A DNA stretch of 64,000 bases from Octopus vulgaris. Its lineage: Eukaryota. A program made the position numbers and the translations under genes. Shown one piece after another: positions 1 to 11,830 of the stretch (its first letter is position 1; the number at the start of each line of letters is the position of its first letter). The notes under the pieces are model-generated. The model saw only the letters and a list, made by a program, of their open reading frames with translations. It was not told the DNA's origin and ran no database searches. Where the stretch lies: NCBI GenBank assembly GCA_951406725.2, contig OX597842.1, forward strand, positions 31,806,001 through 31,870,000, given 5' to 3'.

Positions 1-814
1 AAATGTAAAGAATTGTGGAAAGTGTTTCCAAAGCGTTCCACTTTGAAGAACAGAAATGAAAGAAAACCATCAGTGTTCTGGTGGTGCCATTAACACATTT
101 TTGGTTGGTCAGTAACCAAAATGGAATTGTTGAAGGATGTTGTGGGTAGGTAGTGGCAATGGTGGTGGTGGAGGTAGCTACACTGAATCCATATCAAGTT
201 TCAAAGAATTAAATCATGGAATGGAAGAGTTGAAGAAAACCAAGCTAACCTAAAAGTATGGTAGACAGGGCCATGAAGACACATCAAAGATTCCAACATT
301 CCAACTGAAGAATTCTAAGACACCAACAAATAAATTTACAAAATAATTCCATACAGTAAGAAGTCTTTGGCCACTTTAAACTATTGTAAATTTCTACTGA
401 TTGCCAACTTATAAGTGGATGTTTCACATTGCATTTTTCATAGATGAAACATTGACCCTGTTGGAGTAATTTCCATACCTAATCATTATATTTTGTAGTA
501 GGAATTCTGAATGAGAGGGGAAGACGTGAGATGACCATCAAAAATGGCCATCCAAAAGTTTTCAGCCACCTTACATAAACCAATCAAGATTCAGTGTTTT
601 AAAACAGAAAAAATGTCTATAATGAAAATTTATTACATAATGCACATTTCAAGAAGTTACTGTGCATTGTTAATATTCCATGTGGCTTCCCTTAGCTTTA
701 AAAATGTCTTCAATGCGCCTGGGAAGAGATGTGTACAAATCCATCTTTATAGGTATGAGATGCCATTCTTTGTGGTTGAGCTCCCATAGCTGGATTCATT
801 TGGCACTATTCAAG

Positions 815-1261
815 TTACCTCTCTCTCTCTTTACTCTTTTTACTTGTTTCAGTCATTTGACTGGGAAGAGATGTGTACAAATCCATCTTTATAGGTATGA
901 GATGCCATTCTTTGTGGTTGAGCTCCCATAGTTCTTCAAAATTGCATGGATTCTTCTGATGGACTCTCCTCTTTAGTTCTGTCCACATTTGCTTGATAAT
1001 ATTTAAGCCAGGACTCTGGGCTGGCCAGTCTTTCAATACAGTAACACTTTCATCAGCCAGATTCTGTTGTGTTGCATGCAAACTGAGGAATGGAGCTCCA
1101 TTAAGCTGAAAAATCTCTCCTTCATCCAAATTGTCCTTCAGCAACTGGATACATTTGGCACTATTCAAGTTACCATTAATTTTAACCAATTTTCTTGAAC
1201 CATCACTTTTTATGTATACCCAAAGCATCAGACTCTTTCCCACAAACTTCACTGTTTTCAT
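815..1261 (-). pseudogene. Tc1 DDE transposase C-terminal fragment
   Basis: Translation contains FQLNGAP and DWPAQSPGLNIIKQMWTELKRRV, matching Tc1 FQQDNAP and WPxQSPDLNPIE motifs with the catalytic acidic residues mutated. Confidence 0.9.
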
Positions 1262-1267
1262 TGTGTA

Positions 1268-1268
1268 A

Positions 1269-1302
<34 letters not shown>

Positions 1303-1530
1303 GTTTAACATCCGCTTTCCATGCTAGCATGGGTTGGACGGTTCAACTGGAGTCTGGGAAACTAGAAGGCTGCACCAGGCCCCAGTCTGATCTGGTAATG
1401 TTTCTATGGCTGGATGCCCTTCCTAACGCCAACCACTCTGTGAGTGTAGTGGGTGCTTTTTACGTGCCACCGGCACGGGGGCCAGGCGAGGCTGGCAACG
1501 GCCACGATCGAATGGTGCTCTTAACGTGCC
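1268..1530 (-). mobile_element. SINE with (CAT)n/(ATG)n tail inserted in the Tc1 element
   Basis: (cat)n followed by cgtttaacatccgctttccatgctagcatgggttggacgg. The same family recurs at ~27085, 28365, 34055, 35345 and 36310. Confidence 0.8.
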
Positions 1531-1839
1531 AACATATAAGTGAGAATTTGTCAGAAAGCCTCATCACATCTTCCCCTCTCATTCGGAACTTCTACTACAA
1601 AATACAATGATTAAGTATGGAATTAACTCCAACAGGGCCAATGTTTCATCTGTAAACAAACACGATGTGACAAATCCACTTATAAGTTGGCAATTACTAG
1701 AAATTTACAATTGTTTAAAGTGGCCAAAGACTTTTGCACAGTACTATATTTTTGTTTCTATTTCCTTCCTTTGTTGCAGAATATTTTTTTCGATGAATTC
1801 CAAAAATATCAACATAAAACAACAAATACGTCAACCAAC

Positions 1840-2067
1840 CTTTACTATTTCTGTGTCTTGAGGATAAACCACAAAGTTTACAACTTTGATCTGGCTTGAA
1901 TTTAGATCTGAGTAGTTTTTGACTGCTTCATACATAATTCCAGGTAGGTTTTCTATGGGGTACTTCAATTTTCCAGCTCCTATTATAGGAAATGCCAAGC
2001 ATTTTGCTCCCATTTTCTCCGCAGTGTGTAAGCATATGGTAATCATTTGAGTCAAGTTTGCCAGAAT
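1840..2067 (-). CDS. Macrodomain exon B, unit 1 (PARP9/14/15-like macrodomain, C-terminal half)
   Basis: 228 nt, acceptor tttttttag, donor gttggt, phase 0/0. ILANLTQMITICLHTAEKMGAKCLAFPIIGAGKLKYPIENLPGIMYEAVKNYSDLNSSQIKVVNFVVYPQDTEIVK contains the macrodomain hAFPxIGxG loop. Confidence 0.9.
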
Positions 2068-2497
2068 CTAAAAAAAATAATTGTTTAGTAATTGATAATG
2101 AACATTTTATTAAATTATTTCCTTATTACAGGAAGAAACCATTAAGTTGTAATAAATATATTCTCCTCTCACAACTCCTCTCACTCCTACCACTTCTAAA
2201 CATAACTGTCATTCCTATCACTCTTTAGTCCTGCAAGGGACAAGGCAACCTCACTCATGATGCTGCTACAATAAAACAGACCCCATCCACCGTGTAAAAT
2301 GGTTGGTGAATGAAGAGAGACAATGCAGACCCAAGAGGAGTCTTTAGTGTTGTTGAGGACATGACAACCTCTCTAGTGCTCGTGCCATGACAGAGAAAAA
2401 CTCACCAATACAGACAGTAAAACACAGAAATATGTTTTAATATAGTCTTATTTATCAGTCATATAACTGATACAGTTCTATATTTAAGAGATGAGGA

Positions 2498-2643
2498 ATT
2501 ATGTACATTATTTACATATGACAGATATTTGTCCTCATCTTGTTTGTTGCTAACACAACGTTTCAACTGATATACCCTCCAGCCTTCATCAGGTGTCTTA
2601 GGAAATTTCGAAGCTGGGTTCTCATTCCTAAGGTATTTTTCGA

Positions 2644-2687
<44 letters not shown>

Positions 2688-2970
2688 TCACTGTCTAGAA
2701 TTGAACTCAGAATCTAGGGATTAGTAGCCCACACTTTAACCACTATAGAGAGTGCGGGCTACTAACCCCAAGATTCCAAGTTTGATTCCAGGTAGTGACC
2801 TGAATAGTAATAATAATAATAACTTCGAAAAATACTTTAGGAATGAGAACCCAGGTTTGAAATTTCCCCAAGACACCTGATGAAGGCTGGAGGGTATATC
2901 AGCTGAAACGTTGTGTTAACAACAAATAAGATGAGGACAAATATCCGTCAAATGTAATAATATAAATAAT
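2498..2970. mobile_element. Foldback/MITE-like palindrome (~230-bp arms, very short loop)
   Basis: 2498-~2740 is the reverse complement of ~2750-2970 (gacagatatttgtcctcatc ... gatgaggacaaatatccgtc). Absent from the matching intron of unit 2. Confidence 0.85.
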
Positions 2971-3022
2971 GAACATGCATAAGGTTCTTCTCAATTATTA
3001 ACTGTTTCAATAAATCAATATC

Positions 3023-3237
3023 CTTTTTTACTTTAGGCACAAGGCCTGAAATTTTGTAGGAGGGGTCCAGTCGATTAGATCGACCCCAATACACAACTGG
3101 TACTTAATTTATTGACCCCAAAAGGATGAAAGGCAGAGTCGACATCCGTGGAATTTGAACTCAGAATGTAAAGACAGATGAAATATTGCTAAGCATTTCG
3201 CCCAGCATCCTAACATATCTGCCAGCTCACCGCCTTC
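3023..3237 (-). mobile_element. tRNA-derived SINE (family B) with 15-bp TSD
   Basis: caataaatcaatatc at 3008-3022 and 3238-3252. Empty site in unit 2 at ~15011-15025. Confidence 0.85.
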
Positions 3238-3269
3238 CAATAAATCAATATCATATGATTGATACTTAC

Positions 3270-3497
3270 TAAATCAGAGGAATATTCATCCCAGGGAGGT
3301 AATGCCAGATGAAATACATTCTTACAGTTGAGGTTATATCCTTTAGTGATGGCTATTTTAGATGTAGAAATACCTCGAGGATATTTCTGGTTACATTCAT
3401 CTTGTATCTCTGAACCAGCAGCAAAGAGAATAGATTTGGAGACAGCACCACTGTCAAGCTCAAGGTTTTTATTGGTGCTGTTAACGATGACATCAAC
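3270..3497 (-). CDS. Macrodomain exon A, unit 1
   Basis: 228 nt, acceptor ttttgtag, donor gtaagt, phase 0/0. VDVIVNSTNKNLELDSGAVSKSILFAAGSEIQDECNQKYPRGISTSKIAITKGYNLNCKNVFHLALPPWDEYSSDL has the macrodomain DVIVNxxN and GxVSxxIxxAAG motifs. Not in the ORF track. Confidence 0.92.
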
Positions 3498-3769
3498 CTA
3501 CAAAAGTAATTAATGGTAAACAACTAAGGAACATTCCATGGAGAGAAGAGAGATACATTGTTGCAGTTGATATTGTTGTTAAGAAAGGCTCTACAGAATG
3601 GCTGTAGTAAGTTTGAGGTTGTTAAAGTTAGCAAAAGATATACTCAAGATATCAGATGTGAAGGAAATAAGTTTGACTGAGAAAATGTTTTAATTAACTG
3701 TAATGATTCCTTATTTGGAAATGAAATAACATGAAAATATAAATAAGTTACATGAATCTATTTACTCAC

Positions 3770-3904
3770 AGATACATTAGAAATTGAATCAATCAATAGT
3801 TGTATGTTGATGCCAGCATTTTCTCCAGATGCCACATTATCTGGGTGCCACAGAAGAGGGTTCCTGTTGTGAACCAGGAAGGGATGCTTTCGATGATGCA
3901 GTGT
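3770..3904 (-). CDS. Probable linker/N-terminal macrodomain exon C, unit 1
   Basis: Acceptor tttttcag, donor gtgagt. Ends GENAGINIQLLIDSISNVS in phase 0, resembling the IxIxxGDI strand that precedes VDVIVN. The 5' frame is ambiguous. Confidence 0.65.
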
Positions 3905-4659
3905 CTGAAAAAAATAGACAAATATCAGTGTGTGTGTGTGTGTATCATTCACTTCTTTCAGTCATTCGAATGTGGCCATGCTGGGGCACCACCTTGAAGG
4001 CTTTTAGTTGAATGAATTAACCCCGTTATATCTTTTATCTTTTACTTCTTTCAGTCATTCGAATGTGGCCATGCTGGGGCACCACCTTGAAGAATTTTTA
4101 GTCAAATGAATCGACCCCAATACATTAATATTTTAAAGCCAGATACTTATTCTATCAGTCTCCTTTGATAAACCACTAAGTTATGGAAAGTGTGCTCTGG
4201 AACCCTATTACCACCATCTTTCTCCCCTCCAGATACTGTCATGCACCCTTGCATAAATATGAGGAGATCATGAGTCTCCCCTATATCCAGACAACTATGC
4301 TTGACCCTCTGGCAAACTTTAGAATTTCTACCCCTGGCATCAAGGCTCTTCCCCAACCCAATTCCATTGGGGGGTTTTATCCTTTTCCATTTTTTGCTTT
4401 GTTTTGCAAGATACTTGGTGACCTCACCAGTGCTGGTGCCATGAGAAAAGCACACTGTAAAATGGTTGGCAATATGAAGGGCAACCAGCCAGCCAGCCAT
4501 AGAAACCATGCCAAAGCTGAGCGTGGAGCCTAAAACAGATCTGGTGGTCATCAGATCCTGTCAAACTGTGTAACCCATGCCAGAGTAAATGATGGACATT
4601 AAATGAGGATGAGGATAATGATACAGTCCGTGAGTCTGTAAGTCAGAAAAACACGCACT

Positions 4660-5050
4660 CGTACATTTTTCAACAGAGTGGGTATATTACTTACTTGTAC
4701 TTGTGGCGACATTCACCCTGGGTGGGTTGTGTCGGCTTCTTCTACTCATGGAAGAAGTTTCGTGGGGATATGTGGATTTCACAAGCGGTCCCCAACAATC
4801 CCACATGTGGAGACATCCTGTTTGCCACAGATTGTACGCAGACACAGAGACAGAACGACTGGGGAGCTGCCAGTTACCAAAGCAGACACTCCGAGGATTT
4901 TCACCAGAGCCCCGTCTGCCGGGTTGTGGCCCTAATACCACTCAGTGTCAGACCAATCCGCCTTGGGTGGCACTACCAGGAACCGAAGTTCCCGACGGCA
5001 TAGCTCTGACACTACCCATTGCCAGTGTCCCCACCACGGAATGGGCATAT
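4660..5050 (+). repeat. Unclassified ~400-bp interspersed element, copy 1
   Basis: Similar in reverse complement to 10780-11195. Confidence 0.75.
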
Positions 5051-5574
5051 TAAGCGTAAACTATTCAGTATTATAAATCTATTTCAACCATTCTTACAAA
5101 TTTGTTTTGTACCTGATATTGGGTAATTAGGTGATTATCTAAGACTGTGCTCATCAGAGTGGTTGGTATGGAAAAGTTGCAGTAGCTTTCTGTCAGCAAG
5201 TTCCACATCTGGTTTGTGGAAGCTGTGAAAATAACTGAACAAATGAGAAGGAAGCAGTTAGAGAAGGGACCCTATAAAGAATATGTCCCTTGCCCCAAAT
5301 CCCTGAACAAGAAGTAATTACCTGCAAAGTGAGGTTTGGGAGGAGAGGATGGGACAAACACTCAAACAGTTAAACTCATGTCAATGCATTTATGAGTTGC
5401 ACTCAAAAAGTATCTGACTTTATTTTTCCTTCCCATGTGGGAAAAACCCTTTGGGTGAGCAGTGACTTCACCTTTCCTGTGCAACTGCAACTGCTCCTGG
5501 ACATTAAACCTAGAGTATAAACTTGTAGTGTGCACTGGACAGACCTTTGTGTTCATGCAAGATGACCAAATGTA

Positions 5575-5730
5575 TTGAGTAAAGATATTGCATCAAGTTT
5601 TACCAAAAGCTTGGTGACACTCAAGCTCAAAGCATCCAGAAAAGTTCAGCAGGCCTTCAGTAATGATGCCATGGCCAAAACTCAGATAAATAACTCGTAA
5701 AACCACTTCAGACAAAGCCACAACTCAGTG
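5575..5730 (+). mobile_element. Mariner transposase N-terminal fragment
   Basis: Reads like CIKFYQKLGDT...VQQAFSNDAMAKTQI, a mariner HTH region. Confidence 0.6.
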
Positions 5731-5971
5731 GAGTGTGAGGCATGCTCAGACCTTGCATAAATTGTTCACCTCACAACAAATTGTTTACCTTTTGAATGAA
5801 ATCCTTCATTTTCCTGTTTATTTATTACTCCTTCATTTTCGTCTTTATTTTGGAGATATTCATCAAATTTCTGTTAAAACAGAAAACAATCAGAATCACT
5901 TTTATGTTTTATTTTTTCATTCTTGCAAAAGGAAGAGATTTAATTCAACAAAACGAAACAAAATATTTGAA

Positions 5972-6570
5972 ATACAAGGTCTGATCAATAAGTATTTGAA
6001 CTGTTGCCTTAGTAAGGAAGCTAAAGTAAGCAGAGTGAAGCTGCTTGGCACAGATTGACCTTAGCTTACTTCCGTTGATTACAGTAGAGCTTGGAAATAA
6101 CATGTGTAACATGAAATTGAAATATCGACCATGACAGAAAAAGTTGTCATGGTGATACCTGCTCAATGGCACACACAAAATTGCAGAAAGTGTATGGAGA
6201 GGAGTGTATGAGCTGCACACAAGTGTACAAGTGGTTCAGACATTTCCAAAATTGCCGTAAAATGTCGAGAGTGACAAATGTTCGGGGAGACCCACAGACA
6301 ACATAAATGAGTAAAACGCTGCAGATGTGCATGCAGCTGTGAGGGGAAATCATTGAATCACCATCCTTGAGTTATCAGAGGATGTGCAGATTAGTTACAG
6401 TTCAGTTCAGTCGATTATCACTGAAGATTTGGGTGTGAGATGCATGTCTGCCAAGTTTGTGCCAAAACTGCTTTCAGTTGATGAAAAAGACATTTGGATT
6501 TCAGTTGCACAAAATCTCCTTGACTGTGTTGAGAACGGTGAAATCTTTTTGAAAACTTTGCATAGGTCTC
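5972..6570 (+). mobile_element. Mariner-like element, 5' TIR plus degenerate transposase
   Basis: Starts tacaaggtctgatcaataagt. Encodes ISYSSVQSIITEDLGVRCMSAKFVPKLLS, similar to the mariner WVPxxL motif. Confidence 0.85.
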
Positions 6571-6574
6571 TGAG

Positions 6575-6700
6575 CAGGTATCACGAAGCTTTTGACAAAA
6601 TTTGATGCAGATTCTCTTCTTCTTCATGGTCAATGCAACAACCACACACTACACACCTTCTTTCCAAGCACTGCTGTAAACAGTAGACGTGAGCTAGAAC
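6575..6700 (-). mobile_element. Mariner transposase N-terminal fragment, opposite strand
   Basis: Translation contains KRICIKFCQKLRDTCSETY. Confidence 0.6.
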
Positions 6701-7089
6701 GGGTATGTCAAACATGCAGCCCATTGCAAAACACCTGTGACCCACACAGACAGCCACCCTTTTCCCCTGAATGCATTGGCATCTTTGGATTTGGATCTGA
6801 TTACAAGCAAGAAGAAAGTTATACAATTATTCAGAGGCCCAGAGTTGCGAAATTTCCCATCAGCAAGCTAGCAATTGGCTAATCTGTGACTCCAGATGTT
6901 TTGTACATCAAATGTTACAGGTGTTTGAACATTGTGGAATGTACCTGTCAACGTTCATATGAGTTGATTTTCCTTTCTTCTCTTCATCATTCATTAAATT
7001 CTCATCTGGTAGACAGAGTTCATAGAGTGCTTTCAAGCCCTGCATTGCCTGTGTCCTGCGATTCTTGTCCCAGTGTGCTGCATTTCTGG

Positions 7090-9402
7090 TGAGTAGATTT
7101 ACAAATCTATTTTGTCTTTAAACTGAATGGAGGAGGGCGAGTGTTTCAAGAAAAATGGGAATTATAGTATTTTTGCACAACAGTGAGTGGAAAGATACAC
7201 TGAAAGAGTACAACTTGAAAAGACATTATGAAACATATCATCGATCTTATGATAAATATGGAGGTGGTTCAATGCATGTTTCAAGACTCAAGGAACTGAA
7301 GGCTAACTCAACACAGCAACAGACCTGTTTCACAGAAAAATCAGAAAGGGAATGTCGCTTCCGTTACAGAAAGCTATAAACTCCACCAAATGATCGCCAA
7401 GAATGGGAAATCTTACAGTGAAGGAGATTTCATAAAGCAATGCTTTGTAAAAAACGTCTGAAATTGTGTGTGCAGAGAAAGCATACTTATTCAAAGATAT
7501 CTCATTAACCAGGAACACTGTTGCTCAATGGATTGATGAAATGTCAGGTGATCTGAAGCAACAGTTGAAAGCTGCATCATCAAGATTTGAACATTTTGTA
7601 TTGCTATTGATGAGACCATTGACATCACTGGAAAAGCACAGCTCGCAGTCTTCATCGGGGCCTGTGACAGTGAATTTAATATTTATGAAGAACTGATTGA
7701 ACTGATCTCCATGCATGATACTACAACAAGCCAAAACATCTTTGAGAAAGTCGAACGGGTTCTGTATGATTATGGTTTTGATTTGAGTAAACTTGCACAC
7801 TTATCTATTCATGGTGCAGTGAATATAGTTGGCAGACATAATGTGTTTCTGCTAAGTTACAAACAAAAATAAAAAATTTGCATCTGGATCCATTAGTTGC
7901 ACATTTTCATTGCATTATTCATCAGCAAAATTTGTGCTCAAAGATTTTAAAATTGGATCTTGCGCTTAGTTTGGTCACAATGACAGTGAACTATATCAGA
8001 GGCCACGCTTTCAACCACTGTCAATTCAGTCAGTTGTTGAAAGATATGGATAATCAGTTCACTGATGTTCCATTCTTCACAGAAGTCTGCTGGTTTTCAT
8101 GCCACAAAGTGCAGAAAATATTTCATTCGTTGAAATAAGAAATAATTATGTTTTTGGAGATGAAAGGTCAAAAACAGATGAAACAAAAGATGAGAGGTGA
8201 TTCCAGGATCTGGCTTTTGCTGTGGACATTACTGCACAATTAACTAATCTCGATTTGTAATTACAAGGTAAAAACAAACCCATCACTCAGTTGTATGGTG
8301 ACATCAAGTGCTTCATTAGAAAATGAAGCTTATGGAAGTCACAGTTGTCAAATGAAAATTTAATCCATTTTCCTAAGTGCAAAGAGCTGAAAAACTGCAC
8401 TAATACTGAGTCTGTACTTAGCTTTGCTAAGTATGACAGTCACCTGGAATTTCAGGAAAGATCTCTCATCTTTTGAACATCTGTTTGCATTATTCTCAGC
8501 ACCATTCACCTTTGATGTTGCTAAGGCAAAAGAAAGTCTGCAGAGGAAGCTATTCAAAATGCAGTCAGATTCTTCACTCAGATCAAAGTATTTTGAAGTG
8601 GGGATAACTGGTTTCTTTTCATACCTTCCTGAAAACTTTAAAGACTTCAGAAAGTTTACCACAAGGATTATGGCAATGTTTCATTCTACCTGTGTGTGTA
8701 AACAGTTATTTTCCTTCATGAAATCAACAAAAACTTCTCAGAAAACAAGACTGACAATCAACACTTGTTATCTGTTTCTTTATTACCCACAAGGGGCTAA
8801 ACATAGAGAGGACAAACAAGGACAGACAAACGGATTAAGTCGATTACATCGACCCCAGTGCGTAACTGGTACTTAATTTATCGACCCCGAAAGGATGAAA
8901 GGCAAAGTCGACCTCGGCGGAATTTGAACTCAGAGCGTAACGGCAGACAAAATACGGCTACGCATTTCGCCCGGCGTGCTAACGGTTCTGCCAGCTCGCT
9001 GCCTTTTATCACTTGTTATCTCTGATCAAACTCAGAACTGCACAGACATTTCAGCCAGACAAACCAAAAATTTTCAGCAAAAAGGTGTCAAGCCTCACGA
9101 CAAAATACTGAAAATGTTTGAAAAGTTGTAACTAAATGTTCATTTTGAACTATTGTAAATTTTGTACGATATATTTGTTGCTGTTGCATTCACATCTATG
9201 TTGCCTATTTAAGCTTCATTTTTTTTCTTTTGGTTAAAGTACTTCATTACTTACCCAAAGTATGTTTCTAAGTTTAAGTAAGAAAAATATTCTGCAATAA
9301 TTTTTATGAAATGACTTCAATTGGAATTGAAGCGAGTGCAGCCCTTGTGACAACACAAATGTGGCCCATATGGCTCTTGGGAGCCCCTCACTCTGACATG
9401 CC
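7090..9402 (+). mobile_element. Degenerate hAT (Charlie/SPIN, GTF2IRD2-like) transposon
   Basis: Frameshifted pieces LKEYNLKRHYET, ISLTRNTVAQWIDEMSGDL, HCIIHQQNLCSK and a hAT dimerisation-like tail (MAMFHSTCVCKQLFSFMK). Probable 3' end tgacatgcctg near 9402. Confidence 0.88.
8774..9009 (-). mobile_element. SINE family B monomer with 12-bp TSD
   Basis: cacttgttatct at 8762-8773 and 9010-9021. tRNA-like head with a B-box (gagttcaaattcc). Confidence 0.9.
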
Positions 9403-9444
9403 TGAGCTAGAATGTTAAAACTTAGTGAGCATGCACAACAGAGT

Positions 9445-9540
9445 TCGAGGTCAATCTGTACCAAGTGGCATAACTCTGCATGCTTTAGCTTCATTACTCT
9501 GGCAACAGTCCAGATATTTATTGATCAGACTGTGAACTTA
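9445..9540 (-). mobile_element. Mariner 5' end fragment
   Basis: Reverse complement of ~5972-6062 with scattered mismatches. Confidence 0.75.
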
Positions 9541-10359
9541 ACGATTTATTTCTCATCAATAACAAACAAACGAGGAAAATTATTTTGTTATTCAGATCAA
9601 AGCTATTCCATGTATAACCGTCCATGTCTTCCAGAAGATATGAAACCTGTCTCAATATGGTAATACAGTGGATGCGGCAGAAAAACCTCTCACAATTTAC
9701 ATGGCCACTGATGTAGTGTTAGTGAAGTTAAACATGTGGCAATGGTGTCTTCATGTAGCTGAAGTTGTATTGTTTCTTCTCTCCACTCACCATTCTGATT
9801 AAAACTGCTGAGTCTTGTGTTTGCTGTTGAAATGTCTATCAAGAATGTTGAAGTTGAGGTTCTTTGGTGCATCTTGTGTAGCCAAGAATATTTGAGCAAC
9901 AAAAGCAGAGTACAAGGTAATTATTTTCATATTGTAAGCAAGAAGGAGGAGGTGGAAGAGGTCCAACAATTAGGATCATGGTCATTCTTAAGAGAGATGA
10001 CAAAGGAAAAGAGAAAAGATTCAAAAAGAAAGAACTTCACAAACAGTTCTACAGTGGACAGGAATTTCCCCAATTTCTTCATTACAGCATATGGACATAA
10101 AGAATGCCTTTTGGTATTAACACTGCTTCTGTTGCTATTAATTATCTTTAATAAGCCTTCAGGCTATTTGTGACATCACTGTCTATATATCGTTGACAGG
10201 GAGATTTGGCTGTTATGCTGCTACAGGGTGTCTGTCACTGATGAACTTGAGCAGGGCGAAAATACGTGATCTGGCAGTTCTGGTGCCTTTAGCAGATGAT
10301 TGTTGTCCACCAACAATATGCACCACATCTGCCTAAAAATTGACTTCAGTTTAAATTCA

Positions 10360-10668
10360 GTTTCACCACTCTGACTCTGAGTCCTCTACTGTTGGCACCT
10401 CTGACTCTGACTCTTCTGTATGTAATTAAGTAATTGTGGTCAACCTATCTCATAAAGCATATGCATACACTTGTACTTTGAGTAGGCCTATATGTTATAA
10501 CTGGTTTATATTAAAGAATGAAGGCATTGTGAGTCAGAGTCGGTATAGTTTTACCGACTCCAACTCCAGCTACCCCTTAATTGTTTCGACTCCATCTCCA
10601 ACTCCACAACTCTGACACTCTGACTCCAACTCCATGACTCAAACTTCAGCTCTGACTCCACAGTTCTG
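10360..10668. mobile_element. Degenerate non-autonomous DNA element with (GACTCC/GACTCT)n subterminal repeats
   Basis: Repeated gactcc/gactct hexamers ending ctccacagttctg. The class assignment is from recall. Confidence 0.45.
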
Positions 10669-10689
10669 GTTTATTCAACAAGCACACAG

Positions 10690-11195
10690 TGTAAATACCA
10701 TATGCAACATCTTATAGGATTGAGTACTACATACATAAATACAAGAACAGGGAGATAAACATACAAACAATGTCTACTGGCAGTCCCCAAAGTCCATACC
10801 CTTCTCACCGTGGTGGGGACGCTGACAACGGGTAGTGTCAGAGCTATGCCGTTGGGAACTTCGGTTCTTGGTAGGGCCACCCAAGGTGGATTGGTCTGAC
10901 ACAGAGTGGTATTAGGGCCACAACCCGGCAGACGGGGCTCTGGTGAAAATCCTTGGAGTGTCTGTTTCAGCAACCGGTGGCTCCTCGGTCATTCTGCCCC
11001 TGCATCTGCGTACTATCTGCGGCAAACAGGATGTCTCTACATGCGGAATTGTTGGGGACCACTTGTCAAATCCACATATCCCCACGAAACTTCTTCCATG
11101 AATCCTCAATGGCGAATACAATGCCTCGAGGGTGGTGGAAGAAGCCAACTCAACCCGTCCAGGGTGAATGTCACCGCAAGTACAAGTAAGTACTG
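10690..11195 (-). repeat. Unclassified interspersed element, copy 2 (longer, with AATAAA-containing 3' tail)
   Basis: Inverted homologue of 4660-5050. Confidence 0.75.
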
Positions 11196-11399
11196 GCAGA
11201 GAATGAGCAAATGAAAACATCACAGGATTTAAGGTCAATAACAAAAATAAGCAACAGAAAGACTTCAAAAACTCAGATAATATAAAAGACAGTGGCAATA
11301 ATATTAAAATGAATCATCAAAAAAGATCCAACAAAATGGATTACCGATTTCACAATGTTCCAGATACTAACAATCAAATGGAACATCATGAAAACAGAA

Positions 11400-11830
11400 T
11401 CAAAAAGTCATGAGATAAATATAAAAATTAATAGTACAAATAACTGTACAAGCTGTAGAAAATCCACTTGTCTGCTCATGAACCAATGTGTCCAAAAAAA
11501 CATAGTATACAAATAAACAATCTCCACCTCCCAACATAAATATGTGTACATAGGTGCCATGGAAAACCAATTCAAAGTCAGTTATCACAGCCACACGTTG
11601 TCATTCCGAAAAATAAACAGACAACACGCAACTTCACTGGCAGACCTCATATGGGGAATGAAAGAATCATAAATTAAATACAAAATGGAATGGTCAATAA
11701 TAAAAAATGCACACCTGTGTGGTTCGTTACTTGAGGAAGCATTGAGTATACTGATGAATAATGAGAACCTGGTAAACAAGCATGATGAGAAAATTCCAGA
11801 GTATAATCACTGTGCCAAATATGCATTTTC
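11400..11830 (+). mobile_element. Penelope-like retroelement GIY-YIG endonuclease remnant
   Basis: Hand translation CTSCRKSTCLLMNQCVQKNIVYK*TIST...VYIGAMENQFKVSYHSH...TSLADLIWGMKES*IKYKMEWSII shows the VY..YIG motif and two in-frame stops. Confidence 0.85.

Larger units (their letters stand above)
354..1746 (-). mobile_element. Tc1-like DNA transposon, internally deleted, with ~190-bp TIRs and TA target duplication
   Basis: 354-~535 is the reverse complement of ~1558-1746 (both contain aagtctttggccactttaaa). TA at 352-353 and 1747-1748. The paralogous unit has the empty site at ~12790 (gattcca-TA-tttttgtttctatttcc). Confidence 0.9.

Noticed and set aside
9690-10173. ORFs around 9.7-10.2 kb
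   Set aside because: No recognisable motif or splice-consistent frame. Probably decayed repeat.
10266-10332. Candidate 67-nt minus-strand exon (ADVVHIVGGQQSSAKGTRTARS, phase 0 to 1) that could link B2 to C1
   Set aside because: Weak donor (gtattt), no recognisable homology, and no second copy visible to compare. Chance AG/GT is likely.
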